DNA of 64,000 nt from Octopus vulgaris. Taxonomy: Eukaryota. The notes beneath the pieces are model-generated. The model was not told where the DNA came from. It saw nothing but the letters and a program-made list of their open reading frames with translations, and did no database searches. Location: the NCBI GenBank assembly GCA_951406725.2, contig OX597823.1, forward strand, positions 80,662,001-80,726,000, in the 5' to 3' direction. The position numbers and the translations under genes are program-made. Within the stretch, counting starts at the first letter, position 1, and the number at the start of each line of letters is the position of its first letter. Shown here piece by piece: positions 1 through 11,960 of this stretch.

Positions 1-225
1 AGTTTCCACGACATACAACTGACCGGGATCACATCATTGTCTCTGAACAGGACACCAATCTGTCACATGGTTACTCATTTACAGTTGCCACAGTCTGGAG
101 CCAGGTAAAATGAAGTGTTTTGTTCCAGAACAAAAATGCAATGCCTGGTCCAGGAATTTGAAACTATGGTCTTGTGATTGTAAATGCAACACCCTAACCA
201 CTAAGCCACTAAGCCATGCACCTTC
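1..225 (-). mobile_element. tRNA-derived SINE, family C, CpG-decayed copy
   Basis: Reverse complement matches the heads at 31974 and 32228 (GGCTTAGTGGTTAGGG...TTCTTGAGCAAAACAC). Confidence 0.7.
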
Positions 226-348
226 ATCTTTGACTAGTAATTTTATCTTTAAAATAAGTCCTATTGTTATTTTCCTCTAGTCCTATTTATTCACCCAATT
301 TATAGATTTAATCTTATAATCTATAACATATAATATATAAAATATGAC

Positions 349-514
349 CACAGGCATGGCTGTGTGGTAATAAGTTTGCTTTCCATCCACATGGTTCTGG
401 ATTCGCTCCTGGGCTAGTGTCTTCTATTATAGTCCTTGGTCGACCAAAGGCTTGTGAGTGAATTTGGTAGACAGACACTGAAAGAAGTGTGCTGTATCAG
501 TGTGTGTGTATATG

Positions 515-555
<41 letters not shown>

Positions 556-1180
556 AACAAAGTTATTTTATTCCACATGGGTAGAAATATAGGACAAACA
601 GAAGTTGAAAATGCACTGAGAATAGTTAAAATATTTGTTATTAATACATTTAAAGCTTTAACCAGTTTCACAGTTGACATTGATTTTCAAAAAGTTCAAA
701 GAGAAAGCCGTGGCTTATGTTGCAGCTGTCTTGCTTCTGTCTAGTGTTTAAAGCTTGCCCTATTTTTATGGGGAATTCATGGCTCAAGTTAATATATTAT
801 TTTGAATAGGTTTCGATTACCGATCAAATTCTATCCAAAACGTACTAGTTTGAACTTTTTGAAAATCAATGTAAATTGTGAAACCGATTAAATCTTTAAA
901 TATGATAATAAAAAATATTTTAACTATTCTCAGTGCATTTTCAACTTCTATTTCTCCTATATATATATATATATGTGTGTATGTGTCTTTGTGTCTGTGT
1001 TTGTCAGTTTGTCATGTACCATTGCTTGACAACCAGTATTGGTGTGGCTATGTTCATGTAACTTAGTAGTTCAGCAAAAGAAACCAACAGACCTAAAATA
1101 AAAATAAATGCTGAGGTTGATTCATTTAATTAAATTCAAGGTGGTACTCCAGTATGGCTGTAGCCCAATGACTGAAAAAG
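349..1180 (+). mobile_element. tRNA-derived SINE, family A, interrupted in its internal microsatellite by an inverted-repeat insert
   Basis: Head GGCTGTGTGGTAA...GTGAGTGAATTTGGTAGAC, and tail GCTTGACAACC...AATGACTGAAA resuming at about 975, as in the copy at 29473-29882. Confidence 0.75.
590..960. repeat. Insert in (TA)n with ~110-bp inverted ends
   Basis: 590-700 (AGAAGTTGAAAATGCACTGAGAATAGTTAAAATA...AAAAAGTTCAAA) is the imperfect reverse complement of 849-960. Confidence 0.75.
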
Positions 1181-1284
1181 ATAATAAACTCAGCCAGTTA
1201 TCTATTTTATGAAGAATAATAACACACAAATTGAAAAGTAAGTTGAATTGCTTATCCTTTAATTATAATAAACTGCAATTTCAG

Positions 1285-1452
1285 GTGGACCAAAATTTGA
1301 AAAAAGAAGCCAGAAGGCAACGTGCTGTTTTCAAACTTGCTAACAGGTTGTTGCAGACTGCCAGGAACTCTCAACTTGATAACGAAAGTCTTTGTGTCTA
1401 CCTTGGAAGTCTTAAGAGTCAGTATGATGCAGATTTACAAGATGAAGAATGA
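1285..1452 (+). CDS. Probable terminal coding exon of an unidentified host gene whose upstream exons lie outside the window ([24 protein letters not shown]...DLQDEE*)
   Basis: Acceptor TTTCAG at 1279-1284, then an open non-repetitive frame with helical-looking composition to TGA at 1450-1452. A U-rich tail follows, with AATAAA near 2196 and 2263. Confidence 0.65.
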   Translation: MDQNLKKEARRQRAVFKLANRLLQTARNSQLDNESLCVYLGSLKSQYDADLQDEE

Positions 1453-1703
1453 AACGTGAACTTTTTAATTGTATTTTTTATTGTTTTCTTCAGTTTCATT
1501 TTGAATTTTCTGTGATATTTTAAGATTATTTACATTACTTTTTAAAAAAGATTTCTATTTCTCTCTCTCTCCACACACACTCACACACACACACACATAT
1601 ATATATAAACATATCAAAGGGAAATGGAAATTAATTAAAATTTTCAATTCCAGTAGCCTAACATGTAAAAATTTAGTTCAAAAAGACTATGTATTAATCA
1701 TTA

Positions 1704-1966
1704 ATATACAGTGTACATTTAAACACATAAGGAATTCACTCATGGGATTCAACGTGCTAGAAAGAACAGCTAGATTCTATAACCACAAAAATTAGGGAAA
1801 AATTCGACAGGAACGAAATGAAAAATAAAAACATTTTACCTTATTTTTCATTTCGTTCCTGTCGAATTTTATCCCTAATTTTTGTGGTTATAGAACCTAG
1901 CTGTTCTTTCTAGCGTGTTGAATCCCACAAGTGGATTCCTTATGTGTTTAAATGTACACTGTATAT
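1704..1966. repeat. Long fold-back palindrome, ~125-bp arms and ~12-nt loop
   Basis: ATACAGTGTACATTTAAACACATAAGGAA...GAAAAATAA pairs with TTATTTTTC...TTCCTTATGTGTTTAAATGTACACTGTAT. Confidence 0.9.
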
Positions 1967-2470
1967 ATATATATATAGTATAAACAAAAAACACAAAAAA
2001 CACAACAACCGAGGACGTAACTAATATATATTGGAGTTCTCTTGGGTCATTTATATTGTATTATATATATATATTAGAGGTGTATGTGTGTGTTGTTCTT
2101 CTGTTTGAATATACAAGCATGAAAGTAAATGTTTGCAGCATTTTATGCTATAAATTTAAATGTTTATAAAAAAAAGTCTTTACTAGAACATTGCAAATAA
2201 AGATTTCCAAAACTATAAATAATTCTTTATTTTCTATTACTCATTGTTAACATTGGAAATGTAATAAATGTAATATCTACTTTCAACACACCTCTTACAT
2301 TCTGGATTCTCACCCACACCAAAGGGAAATTTACTTTTTATTTTTTTTTATGGGAGTTGGTAAAAGAAATACCAGATATTTACTACAGTTACTTCAACCA
2401 TAAATACCTTTCCTTTACAGGTTTTATGAGCTTATACCAGTGGAAGAAATCGATATTTCACTAAACATCA

Positions 2471-2850
2471 AGGTGAGGAGCTAGCAGAATCATTAGCACG
2501 CTGGGCAAAATGCCTAGCGGTATTTTGTCTGCCGCTACATTCTGAGTTCAAATTCCGCCAAGGTTGACTTTGCCTTTCATCTTTTCGGGGTCGATTAAAT
2601 AAGTACTAGTTACGCACTTGGGTCGATATAATCAACTTAATCCATTTGTCTGTCCTTGTTTATCCCCTCTGTGTTTAGCCCCCTGTGGGTAGTAAAGAAA
2701 TAGGTATTTCATCCATTTTTATGTTTTGAGTTCAAATTCCTCCAAGATCATCTTTGCCCTTTCTCCTTTCAGGGTTGATAAAATAAGTACCAGTCGATGT
2801 AATTGGCTTGCACCTCCCCTGAACTTGCTGGCGTTGTGCTAAAATTTGAA
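2471..2850 (+). mobile_element. SINE family B (GAGCTGGCAGAA...GAGTTCAAATTCCGCCGAGGTCGACTTTGCC), followed by a partial second copy
   Basis: A/B-box-like head and conserved CCTTTCGGGGTCGAT core. Other copies at about 4000-4200(-), 19630-19802(-), 20055-20200(-), 24352-24530(+), 28490-28670(-), 48125-48300(+), 49950-50065(+), 50333-50542(+), 62141-62320(+). Confidence 0.8.
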
Positions 2851-4842
2851 AACAATATTTCCCAAAATATCTGAATTATTACCTACTTTAATGACAAGGT
2901 TTACAACTCACCTTAAATTTGTGTGAATTCCCAAAATTGGGTGAACAGAGCTTGCTGTGTTAAAATGTTAAAAAAAAAACAAGAAGGTATCAGGTTCTAT
3001 TTTTAACTTTTGTTGTACTAAGATAAAGATTTTAGGAAAATATTTATTTACTACTCCTGCGTTCAAAAATCAAACGTGCTTTATTCAATGCAAATATTGA
3101 AAAGGAGACAGATTAACCTAGATTTTCCCTTTGCTCGTTTCAGATTGGTGTCACAATCCAATGCAATGTGATCTTCTCAAAGTGATTTCAAAAGAATTAT
3201 TTTGCTGTTCATGGGAAATTGCTAAAGGTAAAGATAAAACAGACTTAAATTAAAACAGCAGGTTAGTGAAAATTAGCTTCCAATGATTGCTTAGATTAAG
3301 AACTTCTGTAAACTCTCTTTGCTGTCTTGTATAAATGAGATTGAGAAAGTCATGCCAATCTACATCTGTAAATATTACTCTGAACTTTAGAGGTTACAGT
3401 TTTTGTAATCTGTTTTATTCTATTTATTCATTTAATTTATTTTTCTCCCTTTTGATTTATAATTTTTATTGGAATACTCCTAAAATGAAAAGCAATTTGC
3501 CAAACAAAATTACTTCCGAGTAATCAAAATTAATCATTGCTTGTATGGATCTCAAACGTTCAAACGATCTGTGCTTTTATTTTATTTTATTTCAATGGCT
3601 TAGTCATAGGGGTAAGGATGGTATCTCTGAACTTTCTTGAGGCTTCTTAAGACAGGTAGAAGGAAGATTCGGTTTGAATGTTTGTAACACAAGAGAAGCC
3701 ACCCTCTCCCAAAAAACAAAAAGGCGATTGTAAAGTCACCTTGGCAGTACTTGTACTTAGAGGGACATAACTAAACACCACAAGGTATTTTATTCAACAC
3801 TACCATAATGGTGGGATATAAATGACTATATCAACTGCTGTGTTGATTAAAAACTATTTTTTTTATCGATACCAGAAGAGGAAAAGCAAAGTCAGTGATT
3901 TGAACTCAGAATGTAAAAAAACGTAGCGAGTAAATACTGCAGGCATCTGATACTGTAACATTTCTACCAAGCTACCAATTTTTTTATATAGGTTTCATAC
4001 TTTGGCACAAGGCCAGCAAGTTCAGGCGAGGCAGGGAAAGTCGATTATGTTGGCCCCAGTGTTCAACTGATACTTATTTTATTGAGCTCGAAAGGATAAA
4101 AGGCATAGTTGACTTTGGCTGAATTTGAACCCAGAATGCAAGGACAAATGAAATACAACTAAACATTTTGCCTTACATATTAACAATTCTGCCAACTCTC
4201 CACTGATCCTTTCTTATCAAAACACAACATTTGTGATTCACAATCTTCATGATTCACAAACCAATTTATATAAAGGTGCAGGTGAATGACCAGATACTCT
4301 AATCTTGACTCACATTTTATCAATGATAATAGCTTGTCATGATTAATTTTTTTTTAAAATTTTCACTACAAAAAAAATAGTATTAATTGTTTACATGAAC
4401 TGAGTAATTTTTTTTTTTTGTAATTTAACAGAATTTTGGGAGTGGGATGGTAATTTTACTTATATTGCCTGTTCACATGACTTTTTCTATGACCAGCATT
4501 TCACATGACTTTTTCCATGTAGATTTATTAAAATTTCAAAACTTCTCACAACTTACACATTGTGGTAATATATTGCTTTCGTTATCATCGTAATGTTGTG
4601 CCAGACAGCTAAAATGCCAGCTTCCAAATTCTGTTTTCTGATAGGGTAAAAATGATCAAACTTTGAACCTCAGTAACATTTCTCTAAAAGTTTTCTTGAA
4701 TAAGAAAATAACAACATTAGATTCAGCATGAAAAATTACATCAGTATACCAAATTTGAAAATTTTCACTTGATTCTAAAATTTCAAAGATTGTGATGGCA
4801 GCAGAAAATATCTATTTTTACTATTATAGACACAAGGTCTGA

Positions 4843-5408
4843 AAGCTTGCGTTGGACGTTTAGGATTTCTTTTTCTTTTTGTACAAAACCAAATAAAAAG
4901 AATCGTTTTAACATGGAAAATTTATTGGCCACCGTGGTGCAGTTATAACAACAGCAGTTGCTGCAACAGCAACAACAGACGTTCAAGAATTAGGGCCTGG
5001 AGATCTCCATTTCCAGCGACTTCGAGGGCCACCTGCCAGTGGTGTCGGGCGTCAACGAAGAGCTCTCGACTACAACAAGACGACCAAAGTTTTTTTTTTC
5101 CAAGGTCTGGGGTCTCTCGCTCCTAAGCCCTAGACCATCACCTAATCACCCTTACCCGTCTTGTTGCTTAACAACAACAGCAACAAAACCAACAGTTTGT
5201 GAAATTAATACTGAAGAAGTCTGAAAATACTTCAGGGTCGTACTCGCCAGACAGCATAACAAACTTATATGAAGATTTCAGTTACATAAGAAGGAATTAC
5301 TTTTTCTGCATATTTCGAAGATACGAAGAAATTTTCAAAGAAGAACGTAAAAATTGGTCTGACGAAAAAAAAAGTACGGCTACTTTTAAGAACGTTACTC
5401 CCTGCTAA
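4843..5408 (+). mobile_element. Second copy of the Gypsy leader and gag N-terminus, with a ~190-bp insert in the CAA tract
   Basis: Near-identical to 7540-7900 (AAGCTTGCGTTGGACGTTTAGGA...TTAAGAACGTTAC) apart from about 4979-5168. Confidence 0.8.
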
Positions 5409-6076
5409 ACCCTAGTGCTCAACTGGTACTTATTCTACTGACTTCGACAGGAATGAAAAGCAAAGTCAACCTCAGCGGAATTCAAACGTAAAGAACAGAA
5501 GCCCGACCGATCTCTAGGTGAATATAAACTAAAAACAAATACACAATGAATTACAGTAATATCAATTATCAATTCTCTGCATCAAAACACGTGTCCTAGT
5601 AAATAACAAAACCTATAAACAAGACTGTGTAGCTCTCGTGCAGTTACCAGTAAATGTCCATAATGTGGTGTTGAGTTGTTAATCTTGAGCAGGGGTTTCC
5701 AAAATGTGTTCTGGAGAACTCCCAGGGTTGCCTGAAAGTTATCAGAGGTTCCACGTTTTAAAAAATAATGTTGAAGGATTCCGCGGCAAAAAAAGTTTGG
5801 GTACCATTGATCTAGTGATTAACTAAATGTTTTTAGGCTTACTCAAGTCATGCCTCTGTACGAATTCATACAGTAGTGTTTGCTGTTGTTCACCGATAGT
5901 ATTGTCTGTGAAACACGTTTCTCACCATGTATACAGACGATTGTGTGACGCATGTGTCTTTTGTATTTGGAGATGAGGAAAATGTAAAGGTTGCATGGGA
6001 ATCATTGATCTAGTAATTAATTTAATGTTTTTAGGCTTATCAAAGTCATGCCTTTGTACGAATTCAGACATTAGCG

Positions 6077-7067
6077 TGTAGGAAATACGACCGTATGTGG
6101 AGGTTGGCGACGTAGGTAAGTCACACGGTCGCATCCCTAACGAAATAAGATAAGCCATAAATACAATTTATACAATGCAGTGCCAACAGAATATAGATGA
6201 ATTGACGACAAGCCGTTCCACTGTTTGAGAGATAGATAAGATTTTATTTACAAGGTGTTAAGGTTAGAAGTTTGCGAGTGCTAGCAAGTGTTGTGTATGT
6301 GTGCATGCAACACGTGTTTGTGTGGATGACAGATACAATAAGGGTGAATGCGTGTGACACAGAAAGTACAGAGCATAGAGTCAATGATGGAAATTGGTTT
6401 ACAATTCATAAGGTACACGGTATGTAAGAGTTCAATATCAAGATGTGTCTCGGGGGGAGACCGGTTGGGCGAATATGTCGAGCCGCGGTTGTGGTCTCAA
6501 TCGCCGAGCTGGTTCTCTTAATATAGAATTCTTCAGATGGACTGTTTCTACTTGGTGAAGGGATTCACTCTAACAGCGTGGATCTGTGAAGTTGGTGCGT
6601 ACATGTCTGAAGTGGACGATGGTGATGGCGACGATGGTAGAGACGACTTGAAGTTGGTGCAATGGTGGTGACGACGGCGGCGGAGATAGAAGGCATTCTG
6701 TTGCGGGTGTACATTAGCGTCGTCGTGGCTGATCGTCTGTTGCTGTGACTGGAACATGTTGAGTAGCTCTGTGGTCAGAGGTTAGTCCTTAGAAGGACTA
6801 GAATCAAAGACCCAAGTATACTGAGAACACTCCTTTATGTACAAGTAAGGTGGCTCAACAGAGCCTAGGAAAAGGGACCTTAACCAAAGGCCGTGATTGG
6901 TTGGCTTTGGCCAGTGGCGCGGAATAAGTAGAGACAAATCGCGCCACAAGTCAACCAATCAGGTCAGTGGTCACAACAGGAACAACTCGGCCAAAGATGG
7001 CTGTAATCTCAAACGAGATCATTCCTCCCGAGTCTCTCAAACAGTGAAGATATCAGAGACCGCTACA
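6077..7067 (-). mobile_element. Probable solo LTR, ~990 bp
   Basis: TGTAG...CTACA termini, near 4-bp TSD AGCG/AGCT and minus-strand AATAAA near 6243. It interrupts the second unit of a ~200-bp tandem duplication (5809-5960 vs 6007-6076 plus 7068-7140), which supports the boundaries. Confidence 0.65.
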
Positions 7068-7404
7068 AGCTCTTGTCAATCTTCGCCAGTCTGTGAAACA
7101 CGTTTCTCACCATATAAACAACGAGTGTATAACATGTGTGTTTATTGCGCTTCAATGTGTATGCAGGCTTCCAACATATTCTGTGCAAACATTTTAGTAA
7201 TGGTAATGGAGCACCCATCAACAGATGTATAGTGCTGGCTATTAAAAGGTGGTTTACTATAAGCACAGAGCATTCCACCTATAGAGCAGGCTACTGTAAG
7301 GTAACCACGCAATTTTGTAATAATGTTATTTCTACGTACAGGATAACACGGTACCTTGGCCCACAAATGTTGTCCTGGTGTTCGTGAAAGAGTAGGATTG
7401 AATT

Positions 7405-7498
7405 TTATACGGGGTCTAAGGAAAATCCTCAATTTTTGGCCAAAAATAGAGGGTCGACTTTCACAAGAGATCAACGACTACTTGAGTATATACGGTAT
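7405..7498. mobile_element. pogo/Tigger-like MITE terminus
   Basis: Ends ...GAGTATATACGGTA, resembling TACCGTATATACTCGAG-type TIRs with a TA target. Confidence 0.45.
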
Positions 7499-7608
7499 TT
7501 ACCCAACAACAGGATACGAAAGTGACAACAAGATGTTCGAAGCTTGCGTTGGACGTTTAGGATCTCTTTTTTTTTTTGTACGAAACCAAATAAAAAAAAT
7601 CGTTTTAA

Positions 7609-8977
7609 CATGGAAAATTTATTGGCCACCGTGGTGCAGTTACAACAACAGCAGTTGCTGCAACAACAACAACAAAACCAACAGTTTGTGGAATTAATAA
7701 TGAAGAAGTCTGAAAATACTTCAGGGTCGTACTCGCCAGACAGCATAGCAAACTTAATTGAAGATTTCAGTTATAATCCATAAGAAGGGATTACTTTTTT
7801 CTGCATATTTTCGAAGATACGAAGAAATTTTCAAAGAAGAACGTAAAAATTGGTCTGACGAGAAAAAAGTACGACTACTTTTAAGAACGTTACCCCTTGC
7901 TAAGAACAAAATATATAGTAACTATATTCTGTCGAAGAAACCAGGTGAGATTTGTTTCGATGCAATAATTAATTTTTTGTCGAAAATTTTCAAGTTCTTT
8001 GTTCAATACTCGCTGGCAATGTTTAAATTTGGTCAAAAAAGTTGTTGAAGATTTCGTCACCTATGCCGAGGTTGTTAACAGAGAGTGTGAAATATTAAAA
8101 TTTAATGAATTAACTCCAGACATATTCAAATGTTTAATTTTTGTTCAAGGGCTAACTGCAAGCAAAGACGCAGATATACATTCCCGGATATCAACAAAAT
8201 TAGAACCGGACCAAAAATTAACTCTACAGACAGTAGCAGAAGAATGCCGAAGATTATAAATCTAAGACATAACTCAGATAAAATTGAAGAAAAAAGATTG
8301 CTCTCATATTCATGCGTGTCGACCGGAAACATAACAAAAGAGAAAATACGTCAAGAGCGAATCCGTGTCATGGGTGCGCTGGTCTACATTTTAATAGAAA
8401 CTTTAAGTGCGGTAAGGTCATAAAAAACCACACTGTAAAACAAAACATAAAAATGGTTTAACTGAAAAAATCGCATAAATAGGTTATCGATAAGAGATGC
8501 GAACGAACCTCAAAGGAAATTTGTGTATGTAAAAATTAATAACACAAACGTAAAGTTACAATTGGAAACGGGCAGCGATATCTCAATTATTAACACAAAT
8601 ACATAGAAAAAAATCGGGAGGCCTAAATTAAAAGAAACTTCGAAAATTGCACGTGGTGTTTCAGGAAAAAAGATTACATTTTAAGGGCGAAATGGTGACG
8701 TTACATTTCATGGAAAAACCTTAAAAGCTAAAGTTTTTGCGTCAAATTTATTCGGAACAGACTGGATGGAATTATTTAACTTATGGGACCCATAAATCTT
8801 TTCTGTAAAAATGTGAATGGTTTTTCCGGCAGTACAAATAAGTCGTCAGACGAATTAAAAAATAAATTAAAAGAGATTTCTCCTGAAGTTCTCTCTGATG
8901 AATTAGGTCTGTGCACCAAAACAAAGGCGAAGTTTTAAGTGAAAGAAAATGCTGGTATCTAAACCAAAAAGAACTAT
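7609..8977 (+). pseudogene. Decayed Ty3/Gypsy gag, protease and start of RT
   Basis: MENLLATVVQLQQQ...FSYNP, AYFRRYEEIF, DIFKCLIFVQGL; protease-like VKLQLETGSDISIIN at about 8550-8595; ELGLCTKTKAK RT-proximal motif; many stops and frameshifts. Confidence 0.8.
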
Positions 8978-9031
8978 CCATATATTGCAGAAAAATTCGT
9001 TACCGGTAGCGAATTTTTCTGCAATATATGG
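8978..9031. repeat. Hairpin at the start of an AT-rich repeat that truncates the Gypsy copy
   Basis: CCATATATTGCAGAAAAATTCGTTAC-CG-GTAGCGAATTTTTCTGCAATATATGG. The sequence after it matches 60017-60090. Confidence 0.7.
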
Positions 9032-9259
9032 ATGGTTTATCCTATTCATGCTATTGTATTAGCATTATCTTGCATTTGAGAATAAATTATTTTCTGTATC
9101 ATTCAATACATCTCAACGCTTCTAAAGCAAACTTTGTTTACTTTCAGCGTAAGATGAATATATTTCTGTGTTTTGTATGATTAAGAATAAAAAGATTTTT
9201 ATTCATGTCCTTGCCAGAAACATATCGTATTTGCAACTGAATGGAAACTTAAATGCGTT

Positions 9260-9535
9260 TGTAGCGTAGCTAGGTGATATCCTCACTGTTTGAGAGATAT
9301 ATTAGAAATGATCTCGTGTTAGATAGCAACCATCTTTCGGCTATTTGGACCCTGTTGTATTCATTGCTCTGATTGGTTGGCATTGGCGCAGTTTGTCTCT
9401 TGACTTATTTCGCGCCAATGCCAACCAATCAGAGCAGTGGACACAACAGGGTCCAAATAACCGAAGGTGGTTGCTATCTAACACGAGATCATTTCTAATG
9501 TATCTCTAAAACAGTGAGGATGCCACCTAGCTACA
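9260..9535. repeat. Palindromic element related to an LTR end, ~125-bp arms
   Basis: GTAGCTAGGTG...CATTGGCGC pairs with GCGCCAATG...CACCTAGCTAC. The right arm is a diverged homologue of 6940-7067. Confidence 0.85.
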
Positions 9536-11109
9536 CGAAACGTTTAAAAAATGCTTTCGAAAACAATAAGATTTTTAAAAAATCCCTTAATTTTCTTTTA
9601 AAGTGAATTTGTTATTGGTTATCAAAATTTTAATTTTCATATTTAACATAAACATGTATATCTTTTAGAACATTGTCATTTTATAAGACTTTGCTGGCAC
9701 ATTTTAAAATTCACATTAACATCTATTATCTAAATAAAATTTCCGGAGAACTTTCATTGAGTTCTTCCAAATCTTCCTGTTAAAACTGTATTGAAACCAT
9801 TTCTGGGGAATTTTTTTTTTTATCACAGCAAATGGTCGCACACCATAGGGTTTAACGGAACCTACTGAAGCATATTAACCTCAAAATCGGTCGGAACAAA
9901 TAAACTACGTCCAGAAAAAAATGTTCTTTAATTATTTTTGTATTTTTTTATTTGCGTATTCGTGTCTTCTTAAATCTTGACTGGAAGAACCAGATGAATT
10001 TGTATATAAAATTGCTGCCAACACCCGCGCAAAATACACAGCGTTGACGTAGATGTTAATTGAACGTGTATTTACCCTTAAAAATATTACAGTGGCCATT
10101 CTTGTTTGTATTTGACAGCTTTTGTTTTTAGGATATTTTTTACGATTTTTGTGTTTTGTTAACTTCTAGGCTGTCATATATATATATATACATATATATG
10201 CTGTAGGGGAAAAGAAGTTATGTAGATATTGACATAGCTATAGAAAGGAAGGAGAGAGAGAGAGAGGTGGAGAGAAAAAACATACGACAGCTTTTAGTCT
10301 GGCATGTTGAATGAAATAAACATACAATAAAATATGTCGAAAAGACACACACAAAGAATAAAATAAAAACTAGGAAAATCACGAATGTTTGTGCAACAAA
10401 ATATATGTTACAAGTGAAGATAAACTCAGCTGTAGCGAGAAGCTTGTAATAGTAATGATATCAACAAATTGTAAAATTGTCAGATCAAATAAATGGATGA
10501 TATACGTTACGAGACGAAGGATTATTTAATGCAGCTGTACAAGGCTTCGCTCATTGATATTAGAATCATTATTATTTTATGGTCAGCACAAATAAAATAT
10601 AACTTCTAGTGAAAGATATAAAAAATATAATGAATGATTCTTCTGTGAATTTCGATAAATCACAGCTGTATTCTGAGATCAGATCATATATATGTGGCTA
10701 TCTTTTTTTTCCTAAACAGAAAGTTATCTCATCTTACTTTAACTGTTAGAGGCAATTATTATGAATGATACTTATTTTGATATTTATTGCTTCTCTTTCA
10801 AGTGAAAATATCGTTCAGTAAAAAAAGAATAATATATAACTAGACATACGAGAATGAGAACTGATTCCGTCACAATCACACTGATTACCTTGAAGTAATT
10901 GAGTAGGCGTGGTCCCAGGAATTTTTTGAAGGGAATACAATTCCAGGAGAAAAGGGCGTAATAACATTATTTAGAAGGAAGCACTTCTTTTCTTGAGGGG
11001 GCCACGTGCTCCCGTCTTGGGTCCACCCCTGTTGAACTCCCACCAAGGTTTTTTTTATACTTAGGAATTACTTATCAGTTCCTAAACTATTGTATTTTCT
11101 GAGAGTTAG

Positions 11110-11960
11110 TTCCTCTTATTGATTCTTGTCATCCCTCCAGAACTTTGACTTCCTAATCTTCAGGAAACTCGAATGCTTGGTCAATGTCAAACTCTCCCTA
11201 GAGTCCTGCGACTCTCGGTCTACGCAACTGCTCGTCTCTATCGCTTCCTTGTTTACTTTTCCTCTTTCACGCTTGCTCCTCTTTGCTAACATCCTTTCCT
11301 CTCCAACATAGACTATTTCCAACCGACAGATGGGTGAAGCTCTATCACAGTGGAAAGAGCTGGGTTTGTGAGTTCCTATTACAGTTGAGGATAGACGGAA
11401 ACAGAGGGTATGCGACAATCTGCGGTCAGATGCCACTTTCAACACTCTCCTTGATCAATCTGATCAATTTTCAAGGTGTCGTTCTTCTTTCAAATAGTGC
11501 AAAATTCTCGAGAGAGTGGATTAATGCCTTTCCTGTGGTCAACATTGGAAGTCTACTCAGTCTTGAACACCGCATTTCCATCGCACTCTGAGTGGAAGCT
11601 GGCGTCTGTAGAGGGCTGATATGCCGCTGTGATAAACCTATCGACCCCACAGGTCTTCACGGTCTGTCTTGCCGCCTAAATGCTGGTCGCTTCGCTCGTC
11701 ACACCGAGCTAAACCTTATCATTAAGTGGGCCCTGGCTCGGATTAATATCCCCTCAGTTCTGGAGCCGTCGGGATTATCCAGAAAGAGACCAGATGGTTT
11801 TACTTTCTGTCCTTGGATAGAGGTGGGTGCCTCATTTGGGATGTCACAGTCTGCAACTCTTTTGCTCCCAACGCCTTAGCCTTGTCATCGCCCGTGCTTA
11901 TAATGCAAACGTGCTGGCTTGCTTCAGTTGGTTCCGTAGAACCTTGTGGTGTGCGACCAG
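11110..11960 (+). pseudogene. 3' fragment of a CRE-like non-LTR retrotransposon (zinc knuckle plus restriction-like endonuclease)
   Basis: REWINAFP...RISIAL*; CRCDKPIDPTGLHGLSC; ARHTELN; LEPSGLSRKRPDG; frameshifted LIWDVTV. This is the motif order of PD-(D/E)XK RLE domains. Confidence 0.75.

Noticed and set aside
2421-2472. Putative exon between TTTACAG and GTGAGG
   Set aside because: The donor comes from a SINE head, it lies after the probable stop exon, and there is no coding signal.
9108-9156. Hammerhead-like motif on the minus strand
   Set aside because: The core deviates at several positions; too weak.
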